A program made the position numbers and the translations under genes. DNA of 64,000 bases from an uncultured Planctomycetales bacterium (GTDB taxonomy: Bacteria > Omnitrophota > Gorgyraeia > Zapsychrales > JAHFFX01): NCBI GenBank assembly GCA_964612665.1, contig CAZTCI010000006.1:141750-205749 (forward strand), read 5' to 3'. The notes under the pieces were generated by a model. It had not been told where the DNA came from. It was given only the letters and a program-made list of their open reading frames with translations, and searched no databases. Within the stretch, counting starts at the first letter, position 1. Each line of letters begins with the position of its first letter. Below, in pieces: positions 28,240 through 38,173 of this stretch.

Positions 28240-29366
28240 AGATCTCATTAGTTTTACCTGATTTTGCCGGCGGCGGAGCCGAAAGAGTTTTTACAACCTT
28301 GGCCAGAGAATTTGTCGAACGTGGCCATGATGTTGATTTGGTGATTGCTAATAATAACAATCCCGCGTATCTGCATTTGATTCCAGCGCAGGTGCGCATT
28401 ATTGATCTGAAAGCCGCGCGCATGCGGCAAAGTCTTTCTTCATTAATCAAATATTTCCGTCAGCATCAACCGGATGTTGTCATGGCGACCCGGCTTCATT
28501 CGTGTTGTTTTGTTGTTTTAGCAAAAATATTTTCCGGTATTAACACCAAAGTGGTGTTAAGAGAAGCTAACACGCCTTCTTCTGATTTAAACAAATATGC
28601 TCGGTCAAAGCGGTTGCTATTAACATCGTTTGTAAGATTTTTATATCCATTGGCAGATGCGATCATTTGTGTTTCACAAGGTGCGGTTAATGACACTAAA
28701 GAATTTATAAAAACTGCCAGCGGGAAAGTCCATTTGATTTATAATCCAGTTTTGACCGAAGACCTTTTTATCGACGCGGCTAAGCCGTGTGAACATCCAT
28801 GGTTTTCTAAAAATACAATTCCAGTGATTGTGAGCGTCGGCAGGTTATCTTCGCAGAAAAGATTTGATGTTCTGATCAAAGCGTTTGCGGTTGTCCACAA
28901 GCGCAGACCTGTACGCCTATTAATATTGGGGGATGGAGGAGATCGTCCAGCCCTTCAATCTTTGATCATGAGTTTGAATTTGCAAGATGATGTCAGTTTA
29001 CCGGGATTTGATTCTAATCCTTTTAGATTTATGGCCAACGCAGATCTTTTTGTTCTTTCATCGGCATGGGAAGGACTGCCCGGTGCTTTGATCCAAGCGC
29101 TGGCTTGTGGCTGCCCGGTTGTCAGCACTGATTGTCCGAGCGGACCGCGGGAAATATTAAAAGCCGGACGTTTAGGTAAACTTGTGCCGGTCAACGATAG
29201 TGAAGCCATGGCCAAGGCGATTGAGGAAACCCTTGACCAAAAACCTCGACGGATTTCTCAAGAAGACCTGAATGAATATACGGTGGACCAGGCCATCGAC
29301 CGCTATCTACGCATTTTTGGTTTGTCTAACAGGGAGATGGCACCATGCGCGATATCAAAGAGTTAG
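28236..29366 (+). CDS. Glycosyltransferase family 4
   Basis: MKISLVLPDFAGGGAERVF... N-terminus and C-terminal EGLPGALIQALACGCPVVSTD (Glycos_transf_1). Confidence 0.85.
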   Translation: MKISLVLPDFAGGGAERVFTTLAREFVERGHDVDLVIANNNNPAYLHLIPAQVRIIDLKAARMRQSLSSLIKYFRQHQPDVVMATRLHSCCFVVLAKIFSGINTKVVLREANTPSSDLNKYARSKRLLLTSFVRFLYPLADAIICVSQGAVNDTKEFIKTASGKVHLIYNPVLTEDLFIDAAKPCEHPWFSKNTIPVIVSVGRLSSQKRFDVLIKAFAVVHKRRPVRLLILGDGGDRPALQSLIMSLNLQDDVSLPGFDSNPFRFMANADLFVLSSAWEGLPGALIQALACGCPVVSTDCPSGPREILKAGRLGKLVPVNDSEAMAKAIEETLDQKPRRISQEDLNEYTVDQAIDRYLRIFGLSNREMAPCAISKS

Positions 29367-30319
29367 TTGTTCTTTCCAAAGATTTCTTGAAATTTGTAAG
29401 CGGTAAAGATTATTCGCGTCAGCCGCAGCCTTTGGGAAAATATTTTGAAGATCCGCGCTGTTATTACAACGATTTACGCGGTAAATCAGTTTGGAGAGGA
29501 TCAGTTATCGACGGCGTTCCCGCTTTAAAACTAGCTTCGACGGGTGGATTATTATTATTTCCCATTGACATATTTTTGTATGGACTCGGGAGCCTGGACC
29601 GCTATTTCTTTGATAAAGATTCTTCTGTAATGGAAAGAATCACCACTGTGGCAGTTTGGATGACGAATGCTATTGGTGCAGACGGAAGCTTTGATGAAAA
29701 GTGGAAGGAGATGAGTCCGCATCAAGAATTTTATTCGAATAACAGCGGCATGGGCCAAGGATTAGCTTTGTCTTTTGCGATAAGAGTTGTGAAATACAAT
29801 CTCTGCAGCGCAGAAGTAAAAACTCGCCTTGAAGACGTCATTGAGAGAGTAAAAAATAACATGTTGCTGCCCGTTGCGCAAGGCGGCACACGTTTTGATA
29901 CAAGTACGAGAGGCGTTGCTTTCTTGGAATTCCCCCGCAAAGATGGGAATATTGTTTTGAACGGATGGATTTTTGCGGTCTTTGGGCTTTATGATTATTT
30001 AAACTATAAAAAAGATTCTGAAGTGGAAAAAGTATACCAGTTAACGCTTAACACCATGGAAGCCATGCTGCCTGACTACCATCTGCCGAACGGGTGGGCC
30101 ATTTATGACAACATGAACAGGATTTGTTCTCCTTTTTATCAAGATCTTCATATTTCTTTAATAGAGGCCATGTATAAAATCACTAATAAAGAAATCTTCG
30201 GCCAATATCTGGAAAAAGCCAGAAAAGCGAACACCGCGGTTAATCGTTTGTATTTCACCTCAAATAAGATTATGGAGAAATTGTTTAAAGATAAAGAAGC
30301 TTATGTCAGCGCTGAATGA
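29345..30319 (+). CDS. D-glucuronyl C5-epimerase C-terminal-domain-like ((alpha/alpha)6 toroid) protein
   Basis: Segments NNSGMGQGLALSFAIRV and IVLNGWIFAVFGLYDYLNY resemble the SAMGQGQA... and ...VLNGFMYSLIGLYDL... blocks of animal glucuronyl C5-epimerase as I recall them. Confidence 0.4.
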   Translation: MRDIKELVVLSKDFLKFVSGKDYSRQPQPLGKYFEDPRCYYNDLRGKSVWRGSVIDGVPALKLASTGGLLLFPIDIFLYGLGSLDRYFFDKDSSVMERITTVAVWMTNAIGADGSFDEKWKEMSPHQEFYSNNSGMGQGLALSFAIRVVKYNLCSAEVKTRLEDVIERVKNNMLLPVAQGGTRFDTSTRGVAFLEFPRKDGNIVLNGWIFAVFGLYDYLNYKKDSEVEKVYQLTLNTMEAMLPDYHLPNGWAIYDNMNRICSPFYQDLHISLIEAMYKITNKEIFGQYLEKARKANTAVNRLYFTSNKIMEKLFKDKEAYVSAE

Positions 30320-30356
30320 AATGAATCGGCGCAATTTTAAGCGGGAGGAAGAAGTT

Positions 30357-31556
30357 ATGCAGGAAAAATTACTTGTATACATTACTGCTTTTATCCCATT
30401 TGGGAAAACAGAAAGCTTTGTTCTGGAAGAGGGGTTCGCTCTTAAGAACCTCTATAAGAATTTTTTAATTATCCCTCGCAATCCGCCGAAAGAAATCTTC
30501 CATCAAAAGGGCAAACAGCTTCGCGATAATGCCATTTGGCTGCCGCTTTTTAATTTAAAAATTATATTCAATTTTTTGATGGCTTTGTTTTCACCGCGCG
30601 TTTGGGCTGTGATTGGAGCGATTGTCCGCCATTCGAGAAATTTTAAGACCTGCCTAAAGAATTTTGTGGTTTTGCCAAAGACGCTTTACGTTATTCGTTT
30701 GTTAAAGGAGCGTAATGTGGGACACATTCACGCACACTGGGGAAGTACAACCGCCACTATGGCCTATATTATTCATAGACTGATAGGGATTCCCTATAGC
30801 TTTACTCTCCATCGATGGGATATCTATGAAAATAATATGTTAAGGGAGAAGGTTCAGATGGCCAGTTTCGTTAGATGTATTTCGCAAAAAGGAAAGGATG
30901 ATGTTTTGACTATAGTCGGGCACGATCTGAAAGATAAAGTTCATGTCGTGCATATGGGTGTGGATTTGCCGTCTATTGATCTTCCAGATGAACTGCATAA
31001 GCCGTTCATTATGATGATTCCCGCAAACCTGCTTCCAGTCAAAGGGCACCGATATCTTATTTCGGCATGCCAGCGATTAAAGATCAAAGGTTTTAATTTT
31101 AAATGTTATATCGCCGGCGATGGGCCTTTGGAAACCGAATTGAAAAAAATGGTCCAGGACCGCGGGCTGACAAGTGAGGTTTTGTTTTTAGGGCGCTTGC
31201 CGCATGAGCAGATTATTGAGATGTATAAGGATCATTTGGTCGATATGGTAATTCTTCCTAGTATTAATTCCGATGCTGGAGATATGGAAGGGATTCCGGT
31301 GGCGTTAATCGAGGCAATGTCTTACGGGATCCCGGTTATATCGACGGACACGGGTTCTATTTCAGAATTAATCAGCGATCACTGCGGCATTAAAGTTCCG
31401 GAGAAGAACAGCGAATTGTTAGCGGAAGCTATTGAAAAGCTCGTGAGAGACCCGGAATATTATGGACGGATCAGCGTTGGAGGGCGGAAAAAAGTTGAGA
31501 ATGAATTCCAGCGCTCCTCGATTTCGGCCGCATTAATTAGTTTAATCGGTACTTAA
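30357..31556 (+). CDS. Glycosyltransferase family 4
   Basis: C-terminal EGIPVALIEAMSYGIPVISTDTGSISELI (Glycos_transf_1). GGGAGGAAG RBS upstream of the ATG at 30357; the ORF track starts at 30303. Confidence 0.75.
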   Translation: MQEKLLVYITAFIPFGKTESFVLEEGFALKNLYKNFLIIPRNPPKEIFHQKGKQLRDNAIWLPLFNLKIIFNFLMALFSPRVWAVIGAIVRHSRNFKTCLKNFVVLPKTLYVIRLLKERNVGHIHAHWGSTTATMAYIIHRLIGIPYSFTLHRWDIYENNMLREKVQMASFVRCISQKGKDDVLTIVGHDLKDKVHVVHMGVDLPSIDLPDELHKPFIMMIPANLLPVKGHRYLISACQRLKIKGFNFKCYIAGDGPLETELKKMVQDRGLTSEVLFLGRLPHEQIIEMYKDHLVDMVILPSINSDAGDMEGIPVALIEAMSYGIPVISTDTGSISELISDHCGIKVPEKNSELLAEAIEKLVRDPEYYGRISVGGRKKVENEFQRSSISAALISLIGT

Positions 31557-31557
31557 G

Positions 31558-32421
31558 ATGTCTTTTGAAGAATTTATTAAATCCTTTGCCGGGATTTTTG
31601 TCAGAATCACCGGAATAAGCTTTCTTATGCGTGAGGTCGTCTTAAGGAACAAAAGCTCTATTTTATGTTATCACAATCCGTCGGCCCAGCGTTTTAGACA
31701 GCACTTAAAGTATCTTACGAAAAGATACAACATTATTCCTTTGGAGACTTTGACTGAAGCCATCAAAAGCAAGGATTGGTCAGCCATTCCTCCGAAAAGC
31801 TTAGTGATCACTTTTGATGACGGCTTAAAAGAGAATTACGATTTGGTGGCGGTTCTACGTGAATTTCAAATCCCAGTGACGCTTTATTTGTGCAGCGACA
31901 TTATTAACACCAACCGTCATTATTGGTTTTTAACGGGCGTTTCCAATGTTCAAGAGCTGAAGCGCCGCACGACTGAAGAGCGCTTGGCTGTTTTAAAACA
32001 AACCGTGGATTATGAACCGATGAAGGAATACGCTCATCGTCAGGCTTTGAACTTACAGGAAATCAAAGAGATGACAACTCATTTCAACTTTGGGTCGCAC
32101 ACACGTTTTCATCCGATTCTGCCTAAATGCGGTGATGCGGAAAGTTTAGAAGAAATTAAAGGATCTAAAGAATCTTTAGAAAAAATTTTGAAGCGCCCTG
32201 TTCGGCATTTTTCTTATCCCAACGGTGATTTTGGTGACCGGGAAATTGCTTATGTAAAGCAAAGCGGATATGCGTCGGCTGTTACCATGAAGATGGGATG
32301 CAATGATATTAATTCCAATTTATTGTGTTTAAAAAGAGTCGGTATCTCAGACAGGGCTTCCATAAATGAACTCGCCGCAGAGATGACTTGGCTTTTAACT
32401 TGCTTAAGGCGATTTAATTAG
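31558..32421 (+). CDS. Polysaccharide deacetylase (NodB homology, CE4)
   Basis: LVITFDDGLKENYDLVAVLREFQIPVTLYL; HTRFHP His motif. Confidence 0.75.
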   Translation: MSFEEFIKSFAGIFVRITGISFLMREVVLRNKSSILCYHNPSAQRFRQHLKYLTKRYNIIPLETLTEAIKSKDWSAIPPKSLVITFDDGLKENYDLVAVLREFQIPVTLYLCSDIINTNRHYWFLTGVSNVQELKRRTTEERLAVLKQTVDYEPMKEYAHRQALNLQEIKEMTTHFNFGSHTRFHPILPKCGDAESLEEIKGSKESLEKILKRPVRHFSYPNGDFGDREIAYVKQSGYASAVTMKMGCNDINSNLLCLKRVGISDRASINELAAEMTWLLTCLRRFN

Positions 32422-32435
32422 GATTAGCTGAAACT

Positions 32436-33473
32436 ATGTTCACCAATTACGTTTCTATTATTATTCCTTGCCGCAATGAAGAAAGGCACATTCAAGCGTG
32501 TCTCGATTCGATCCTGGAACAGGACTATCCGAAAGACCAGTTAGAAATTTTGGTGGCTGATGGAATGAGCACGGATAAAACCCGCGACATATTGAAAAGA
32601 TATGCGGCCCAATATCCATTCATCCGGTGGTTTGATAATCCTCAGAAGATTGTTCCCACCGGGCTTAATGTTTTAATCAGAGAGGCCAAAGGAAACATCA
32701 TTATCCGCATGGACGCGCATACCGATTATCTTGAGGATTATGTGTCTCAATGTGTTCATCATCTCATGGAAAGCCAGGTTGATAATGTCGGCGGAATTTG
32801 TGTCACATTGCCTGAATCCAACTCTCCAGTTGCCCAAGCTATTGCATTGGCTTTATCAAGTCCGTTTGGTGTTGGTAATTCTTCTTTTAGAATCGGCGTC
32901 AGTGAGCCGCAGCTCGTCGATACCGTTCCTTTTGGATGTTTTAAACGTGAAGTGTTTGACAGGATTGGGTTGTTTGACGAAGATTTGGTACGCAATCAAG
33001 ATGATGAACTTAACTCGCGTTTAATTAAAAGCGGAGGGAAAATCCTTCTCGTCCCAAAGATTGTTTCAAAATATTACGCGCGTGGTTCTTATAAAAAATT
33101 GTGGAGGATGTATTTTCAATACGGCTATTTTAAACCTTTGACGATCGTGAAACTGGGTGGCGTGATGACTTGGCGGCAGTTGATTCCAGCATTGTTTATC
33201 AGCTCGCTTATATTTTGGGGAATAACATCGTTGTTTTCTCCTTTCTGTCAGTGGCTTTTCTTTTTGGAAGGTGGGTTGTATATCCTCGGGAATTTGGCCG
33301 CTTCACTGGGTCTCGCTCTTCGTCGAGGAATTCTTCTTTTACCTTATTTGATGGCGGCTTTTCTGGTGATACATTTTGGATATGGACTTGGTTATATGAA
33401 AGGAATTTATCATTTTCTCATTCTTAAACGGCATCTAAAAAACAAAGTGAACGATATGGCGCTTAGCCGTTAA
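32436..33473 (+). CDS. Glycosyltransferase family 2 with C-terminal membrane anchor helices
   Basis: VSIIIPCRNEERHIQACLDSILEQDYPKDQLEILVADGMSTD... DxD-type GT-A fold and four C-terminal TM helices. Confidence 0.8.
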   Translation: MFTNYVSIIIPCRNEERHIQACLDSILEQDYPKDQLEILVADGMSTDKTRDILKRYAAQYPFIRWFDNPQKIVPTGLNVLIREAKGNIIIRMDAHTDYLEDYVSQCVHHLMESQVDNVGGICVTLPESNSPVAQAIALALSSPFGVGNSSFRIGVSEPQLVDTVPFGCFKREVFDRIGLFDEDLVRNQDDELNSRLIKSGGKILLVPKIVSKYYARGSYKKLWRMYFQYGYFKPLTIVKLGGVMTWRQLIPALFISSLIFWGITSLFSPFCQWLFFLEGGLYILGNLAASLGLALRRGILLLPYLMAAFLVIHFGYGLGYMKGIYHFLILKRHLKNKVNDMALSR

Positions 33474-33506
33474 CCTTGCGCGAGTTCCCTAGAAAGTACA
33501 GACAAC

Positions 33507-34664
33507 ATGCATCGATTCATCCCATTTCACAGAGGTTACGTAGGCAAAGAGGAAATTAATAATGTCATCGAGGTCATTAAATCCGGATGGCATACGATGG
33601 GGCCGAAAACAGCCCTGTTTGAAGAAGAGTTTAAAAAATATACCGGAGCGAAGTTTGCTATTTCGGTTAACTCCTGTACCGCTGCTTTACATCTGGCGCT
33701 AGAGGCGATCGGCCTTAAAGAAGGGGATGAAGTTTTAGTCCCCGCGATTACATTCACGGCTTCCGCGGAAGTCGTTTGTTATTTTAAGGCCAAGCCGGTT
33801 TTTGTTGATGTCGAACGCGCCACGATGAATATCAACCCCCGAAAGATCGAAGAAAAAATTACGCCCAAAACACGGGCCATCATCACCGTCGATTTTTCCG
33901 GCCAGCCGGTTGATTATGACGAAATCAGGACAATTGCCCGCAAGCATAAACTGTTCACTATCGAAGATGCCGCTCATACACTGCCCTCATCCTATAAGGG
34001 AAAAAGGGTAGGAACGTTGGCGGACATCACTTGTTTTAGCTTTTATGCTACGAAAACCTTAAACACCGGCGAAGGTGGAATGATTACAACCGAAAATCCT
34101 GACTGGGCCGCCCGGATGAAAACGATGCGTCTGCACGGTATGAACAAAGACGCCTGGAAAAGATATACCAAAGAAGGCAGCTGGTTTTATGAGGTCGTCG
34201 GCGCTGGGTTCAAATACAACACAACTGATTTGAACGCCGCTTTGGGTCTTGCTCAGCTTGAGCGTTTAGAATGGATGAGAGAAAAACGCGCCGCGATGGC
34301 TGAAGCTTATACAAAGGCTTTTAGTCCTTTACCAGAAATCATAACGCCGACGGTCAAACCGGACCGCGAGACAAGCTGGCATCTGTATGTAATCAAACTT
34401 GATCTAGAAAGATTAGCAATCGACCGCAATACGTTTATTGAAAAATTATCAGCATGCGGGATTGGAACTAGCGTGCATTTTATTCCGGTTTATCGTCATC
34501 CTTTTTATCGAGACTCTTTTAAATTAAAAGCGAAGGACTGGCCGGATAGCGAATGGGTTTATGGACGGATTCTGTCGCTTCCAATATATCCTGGTCTTAC
34601 CAAGAAAGAGATTCAATATATCATTGCTTCTATGAAGAAACTCGTCGAGGAAAATAGAAAGTAA
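33507..34664 (+). CDS. DegT/DnrJ/EryC1/StrS-family PLP-dependent sugar aminotransferase
   Basis: GWHTMGPKTALFEEEFKKYTGAKFAISVNSCTAALHLAL...; the PLP Lys is in FSFYATKTL. Confidence 0.85.
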   Translation: MHRFIPFHRGYVGKEEINNVIEVIKSGWHTMGPKTALFEEEFKKYTGAKFAISVNSCTAALHLALEAIGLKEGDEVLVPAITFTASAEVVCYFKAKPVFVDVERATMNINPRKIEEKITPKTRAIITVDFSGQPVDYDEIRTIARKHKLFTIEDAAHTLPSSYKGKRVGTLADITCFSFYATKTLNTGEGGMITTENPDWAARMKTMRLHGMNKDAWKRYTKEGSWFYEVVGAGFKYNTTDLNAALGLAQLERLEWMREKRAAMAEAYTKAFSPLPEIITPTVKPDRETSWHLYVIKLDLERLAIDRNTFIEKLSACGIGTSVHFIPVYRHPFYRDSFKLKAKDWPDSEWVYGRILSLPIYPGLTKKEIQYIIASMKKLVEENRK

Positions 34665-34665
34665 T

Positions 34666-35289
34666 ATGATGTACAGAAATTTTGGGAAACGTTTGATGGA
34701 TCTGTGTTTATCTTTGATTGGATTAGTCGTGTCTATTCCGATTTTTGTGATTGTTCCACTGCTGATTAAGGTCGATTCACCGGGCACTGTTTTTTTTCGG
34801 CAAAAAAGAATGGGCCGTGACGGAGGTTTTTTTGATCTGATCAAATTCCGCACCATGGCCGCCGATAAGGAAAGAGAGCGAAATGGTTTTGAACCCGGTT
34901 CGTCTTTACGGGTCACTAGGGTTGGAAAAATTTTACGTAAAACAAAGTTAGATGAAATTCCCCAACTGTTAAATGTTTTTATGGGACAGATGAGTTTTGT
35001 GGGGCCGCGTCCTGAGGTTGCGCGATACAAAGATTTTTATACGGGAAAGTTTGCTCAAGTCTTAAGCGTTCGTCCAGGAATAACAGACCGCGCGTCGATT
35101 AAGTATCGTCATGAAGAAGAAATTTTGGCCCGAAGCAACGATCCGGAAAAAACCTATCGAGAAATCATATTGCCGGACAAGTTAGGGATTGCTTTGTCGT
35201 ACATTAACAATGGCATTAGTCTCGGGGAAGACATTGACATTGTATTTCAAACTCTCCTAGCAATTGGAAAAGGAAAAAATGAACACTAA
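34666..35289 (+). CDS. Initiating phosphoglycosyl (sugar) transferase, small PglC/WbaP-C-like
   Basis: KRLMDLCLSLIGLVVSIPIFVIVPLLIKVDSPGTVFFRQKRMGRDGGFFDLIKFRTM...PQLLNV..GQMSFVGPRP. Confidence 0.85.
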   Translation: MMYRNFGKRLMDLCLSLIGLVVSIPIFVIVPLLIKVDSPGTVFFRQKRMGRDGGFFDLIKFRTMAADKERERNGFEPGSSLRVTRVGKILRKTKLDEIPQLLNVFMGQMSFVGPRPEVARYKDFYTGKFAQVLSVRPGITDRASIKYRHEEEILARSNDPEKTYREIILPDKLGIALSYINNGISLGEDIDIVFQTLLAIGKGKNEH

Positions 35290-37195
35290 AATCAAAGAGA
35301 TTATACTCCGTTATCGAAGGCAGCTGATCATTTTGGTCCATTTTTTTATATTTGTGGCCGCGTATATTTTATCGGTCATGCTGCGGTTCGATTTTGACGT
35401 CCCGGCTTCTGAATTGCCGGGCTTATATAAAGGGTTTCCTTTAATCATTGAAACGCAAATGCTGATTTTTGCGGCGCTCAATCAATATAAAGGATTTTGG
35501 CTCTATGTTTCCGTTAAGGATCTGATTCAGTTGACAAGGGCTAATATTATTGCCTCGCTTATTATTTTCATTGCTTTTCTGGGTTTAGGATGGGAATTTT
35601 TTCCTCGTTCTATTTTTTTGTTAGATTTTATTTTATCTTTGGGAATGACCTGCGCGGTCAGGGTTTTTTGCAAATTTTTAAGAGAAACGTGGCATCGCAG
35701 AAATTTTTCTTCCAAAGACCATAATATTCTTATCGTCGGAGCGGGTTACGCTGGTGTGCGGCTTTTAAAAGAGATACGCCGCAATCCAAGCATGGGCACA
35801 GTGATTGGATTTGTCGACGACGATCCTAAAAAAGCCGGTGAAATAATTCAAGATGTCAGGGTTCTTGGGAACCGAAAAAGAATTCCAGTCATCGTTCAGA
35901 ATGATCAAGTGGACGAAATTATTCTGTCAATTCCTTCTGCCAAGGGTGAAGTGGTTCGGGACATTTTAAGTTATTGTGAACAAACTCCTGCCAAAATCCG
36001 GATTTGCCCGAGTTTAGATAAAGTGATAACCGGAGTCAGCGAAGTTCGGCCGCGTAACGTTTTGCCCGACGATCTTTTGGGCCGTAAGACAGTTCAAATT
36101 AATTCCGATGATATCAAGGGATATATTAAAGACCGGGTTGTTTTGGTGACTGGCGCCGGAGGTTCGATCGGATCTGAAATTTGCCGTCAAGTCGCGGCGT
36201 TTGGTCCTAAGGAACTTATTCTTCTGGATCATCATGAGAATTTTGTTTATTTCTTGACTGTTGAATTCAAAAGCAAATATCCGAATCTTCACGTATCGAC
36301 CGTTATTGGAGACATCCGTGATGTGGGGTTATTAAAAAATCTGTTTATGAAAAAGCGTCCTCAGGTTGTTTTTCACGCCGCAGCACACAAACATGTTCCA
36401 CTTATGGAAGACAGCCCTGTTGCAGCGGTTAAAAACAATATTTTCGGCAGCCGGAACATGATTTATGCTTCAGAACATTACAACGTCGAACGTTTTGTGT
36501 TGATATCGACGGACAAAGCGGTGAACCCAATCAATACGATGGGCATGTCTAAGCGCGTGGCGGAAATCATTCTTCAATCCAGAGCACAAAAGAGTTATAC
36601 GAAATTTATGGTAGTCCGTTTTGGAAATGTTCTAGGGTCGGCGGGGTCGGTGGTTCCGCTCTTTAAAAAACAGATTGAAGAGGGCGGACCGATTACCGTG
36701 ACTCATCCTGACGTGAAGCGATATTTCATGAGCATTAAAGAAGCGGTCTTGCTGGTTTTACAGGCGGGAGCAATCGGCAAAGGTGGAGAACTTTTTATTC
36801 TTGATATGGGTGAACAGATTAAAGTCGTTGAAATCGCGAAAAATCTTTTGGCGCTCTCCGGCTATCGTTTGGATAAAGATATTAAAATCAAATTTACCGG
36901 TCTGCGTCCTGGAGAAAAGCTTGAAGAAGAAATTCTGCTGGATAAAGAAAAAGACCTTGTGACGAAACATAATAAAATTTTTATGAGTCCCAACGGGGTA
37001 GTTATTAACCGTCGAGATTTACACAAGACCCTTAAAAGATTATACCGGATGGCTGAATTGATGGATGAAAAAGGTATTCGTAGTCTTCTAAAAGATATTA
37101 TTAGTATGGGCAATGGAGTCAATTTGCCTCTTGAGAATATCGAAGAGAATTATGTTTCAGCATCGGCCTCTTTAGCTGAAAGTCATCGACAATAA
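35279..37195 (+). CDS. Membrane-bound UDP-GlcNAc 4,6-dehydratase-type polysaccharide biosynthesis protein (PglF/CapD/WbpM family)
   Basis: Four N-terminal TM helices, then Rossmann VLVTGAGGSIGSE and YxxxK-type SDR catalytic region (...NVLGSAGSVVPLF). The ATG at 35279 lies inside the track ORF that starts at 35264. Confidence 0.85.
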   Translation: MNTKIKEIILRYRRQLIILVHFFIFVAAYILSVMLRFDFDVPASELPGLYKGFPLIIETQMLIFAALNQYKGFWLYVSVKDLIQLTRANIIASLIIFIAFLGLGWEFFPRSIFLLDFILSLGMTCAVRVFCKFLRETWHRRNFSSKDHNILIVGAGYAGVRLLKEIRRNPSMGTVIGFVDDDPKKAGEIIQDVRVLGNRKRIPVIVQNDQVDEIILSIPSAKGEVVRDILSYCEQTPAKIRICPSLDKVITGVSEVRPRNVLPDDLLGRKTVQINSDDIKGYIKDRVVLVTGAGGSIGSEICRQVAAFGPKELILLDHHENFVYFLTVEFKSKYPNLHVSTVIGDIRDVGLLKNLFMKKRPQVVFHAAAHKHVPLMEDSPVAAVKNNIFGSRNMIYASEHYNVERFVLISTDKAVNPINTMGMSKRVAEIILQSRAQKSYTKFMVVRFGNVLGSAGSVVPLFKKQIEEGGPITVTHPDVKRYFMSIKEAVLLVLQAGAIGKGGELFILDMGEQIKVVEIAKNLLALSGYRLDKDIKIKFTGLRPGEKLEEEILLDKEKDLVTKHNKIFMSPNGVVINRRDLHKTLKRLYRMAELMDEKGIRSLLKDIISMGNGVNLPLENIEENYVSASASLAESHRQ

Positions 37196-37297
37196 TCATC
37201 GATTTGGAATTCCTACCGACATCTGCAAAGATCTGCAAATGATTTGCCAACCTTCTTTCCTTTAAGTACAATGTGGCAGGTTTGAAAGGAGTTTGTT

Positions 37298-37675
37298 TTG
37301 GTTTTGGACAGACGAGTAACCTGTTTGAATTGCATGGACGGCCGCGTCCAGTTGCCGGTTTTGACTTGGATCAAATCAAATTATCCAGTCGATTTTGTGG
37401 ATGTTATTACAGAAGCCGGTATGGACGGGGTTTTGGCAAAGCAGGATGATATCAGTGAGATTTTGCGCAGTATCGCTGTCTCGGTTAATGTTAATAAATC
37501 CACCCGCTTATTCATCATTGGTCATCACGACTGCCGCGGTAATCCCGTCGACCGCGACACCCACCACGCTCAAATCAAAGAAGCCGTCCGCCGGCTCAAA
37601 CCTTACTGGTCTAAACAGGAAGTTTCCGGGCTCTGGGTCAATAACACTTGGAATGTTGAACTCATCGCAGATTAG
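37298..37675 (+). CDS. Small protein with beta-carbonic-anhydrase-like zinc-ligand motifs (CxDxR ... HxxC)
   Basis: CMDGR near the N-terminus and GHHDCRGN about 63 residues later reproduce the beta-CA CxDxR / HxxC ligand spacing. The protein is only 125 aa. Confidence 0.35.
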   Translation: MVLDRRVTCLNCMDGRVQLPVLTWIKSNYPVDFVDVITEAGMDGVLAKQDDISEILRSIAVSVNVNKSTRLFIIGHHDCRGNPVDRDTHHAQIKEAVRRLKPYWSKQEVSGLWVNNTWNVELIAD

Positions 37676-37735
37676 TAACTTTTTAACAACTCTCACCTGA
37701 ATTTATCAATGAAAAAATTTAAGGAAACCACTTTT

Positions 37736-38047
37736 TTATAAATGCTTCTCACCCCACTGCGTTAACGCCTTTAAAATTTTATCCAAACTTCTGCCAAGCG
37801 GCGTCAAAGAATATTTTACTTTGGGCGGAACTTCTGGATAAACTTTCCGGTGGATCATTTTATCTCTTTCCAATTCCCTTAACTGCTGGGCTAACATTTT
37901 TTCGGTGATTTCTTTTTGAAATCTCCGGATTTCTGAATAACGTTTAGGACCGCTCATAAGAAACCAAAGAATCGGAACCTTCCAGCGTCCGCCAATAATT
38001 TTAATTACATCTTCCGCCGGGCATTTTTCTTCAACCATTTTTGACAC
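37736..38047 (-). CDS. HxlR-family winged-helix transcriptional regulator
   Basis: CPAEDVIKIIGGRWKVPILWFLMSGPKRYSEIRR...KVYPEVPPKVKYSLTPLG. Confidence 0.8.
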   Translation of the reverse strand: MSKMVEEKCPAEDVIKIIGGRWKVPILWFLMSGPKRYSEIRRFQKEITEKMLAQQLRELERDKMIHRKVYPEVPPKVKYSLTPLGRSLDKILKALTQWGEKHL

Positions 38048-38173
38048 TAACCTTTCGGTAAGTAACTGTGAATAAAGTGCGTTCTTGACGGTATTTTGGA
38101 TACGGATTATATTGTGACATGTGATCGGTTTTCGTGAAATAAAATTTATCGAGTTGTCAGAAGGGAGTTATCT

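Noticed and set aside
32731-33024. Nested ORFs on both strands inside the GT2 gene
   Set aside because: Fully contained in a gene with clear GT-A motifs; no independent signals.
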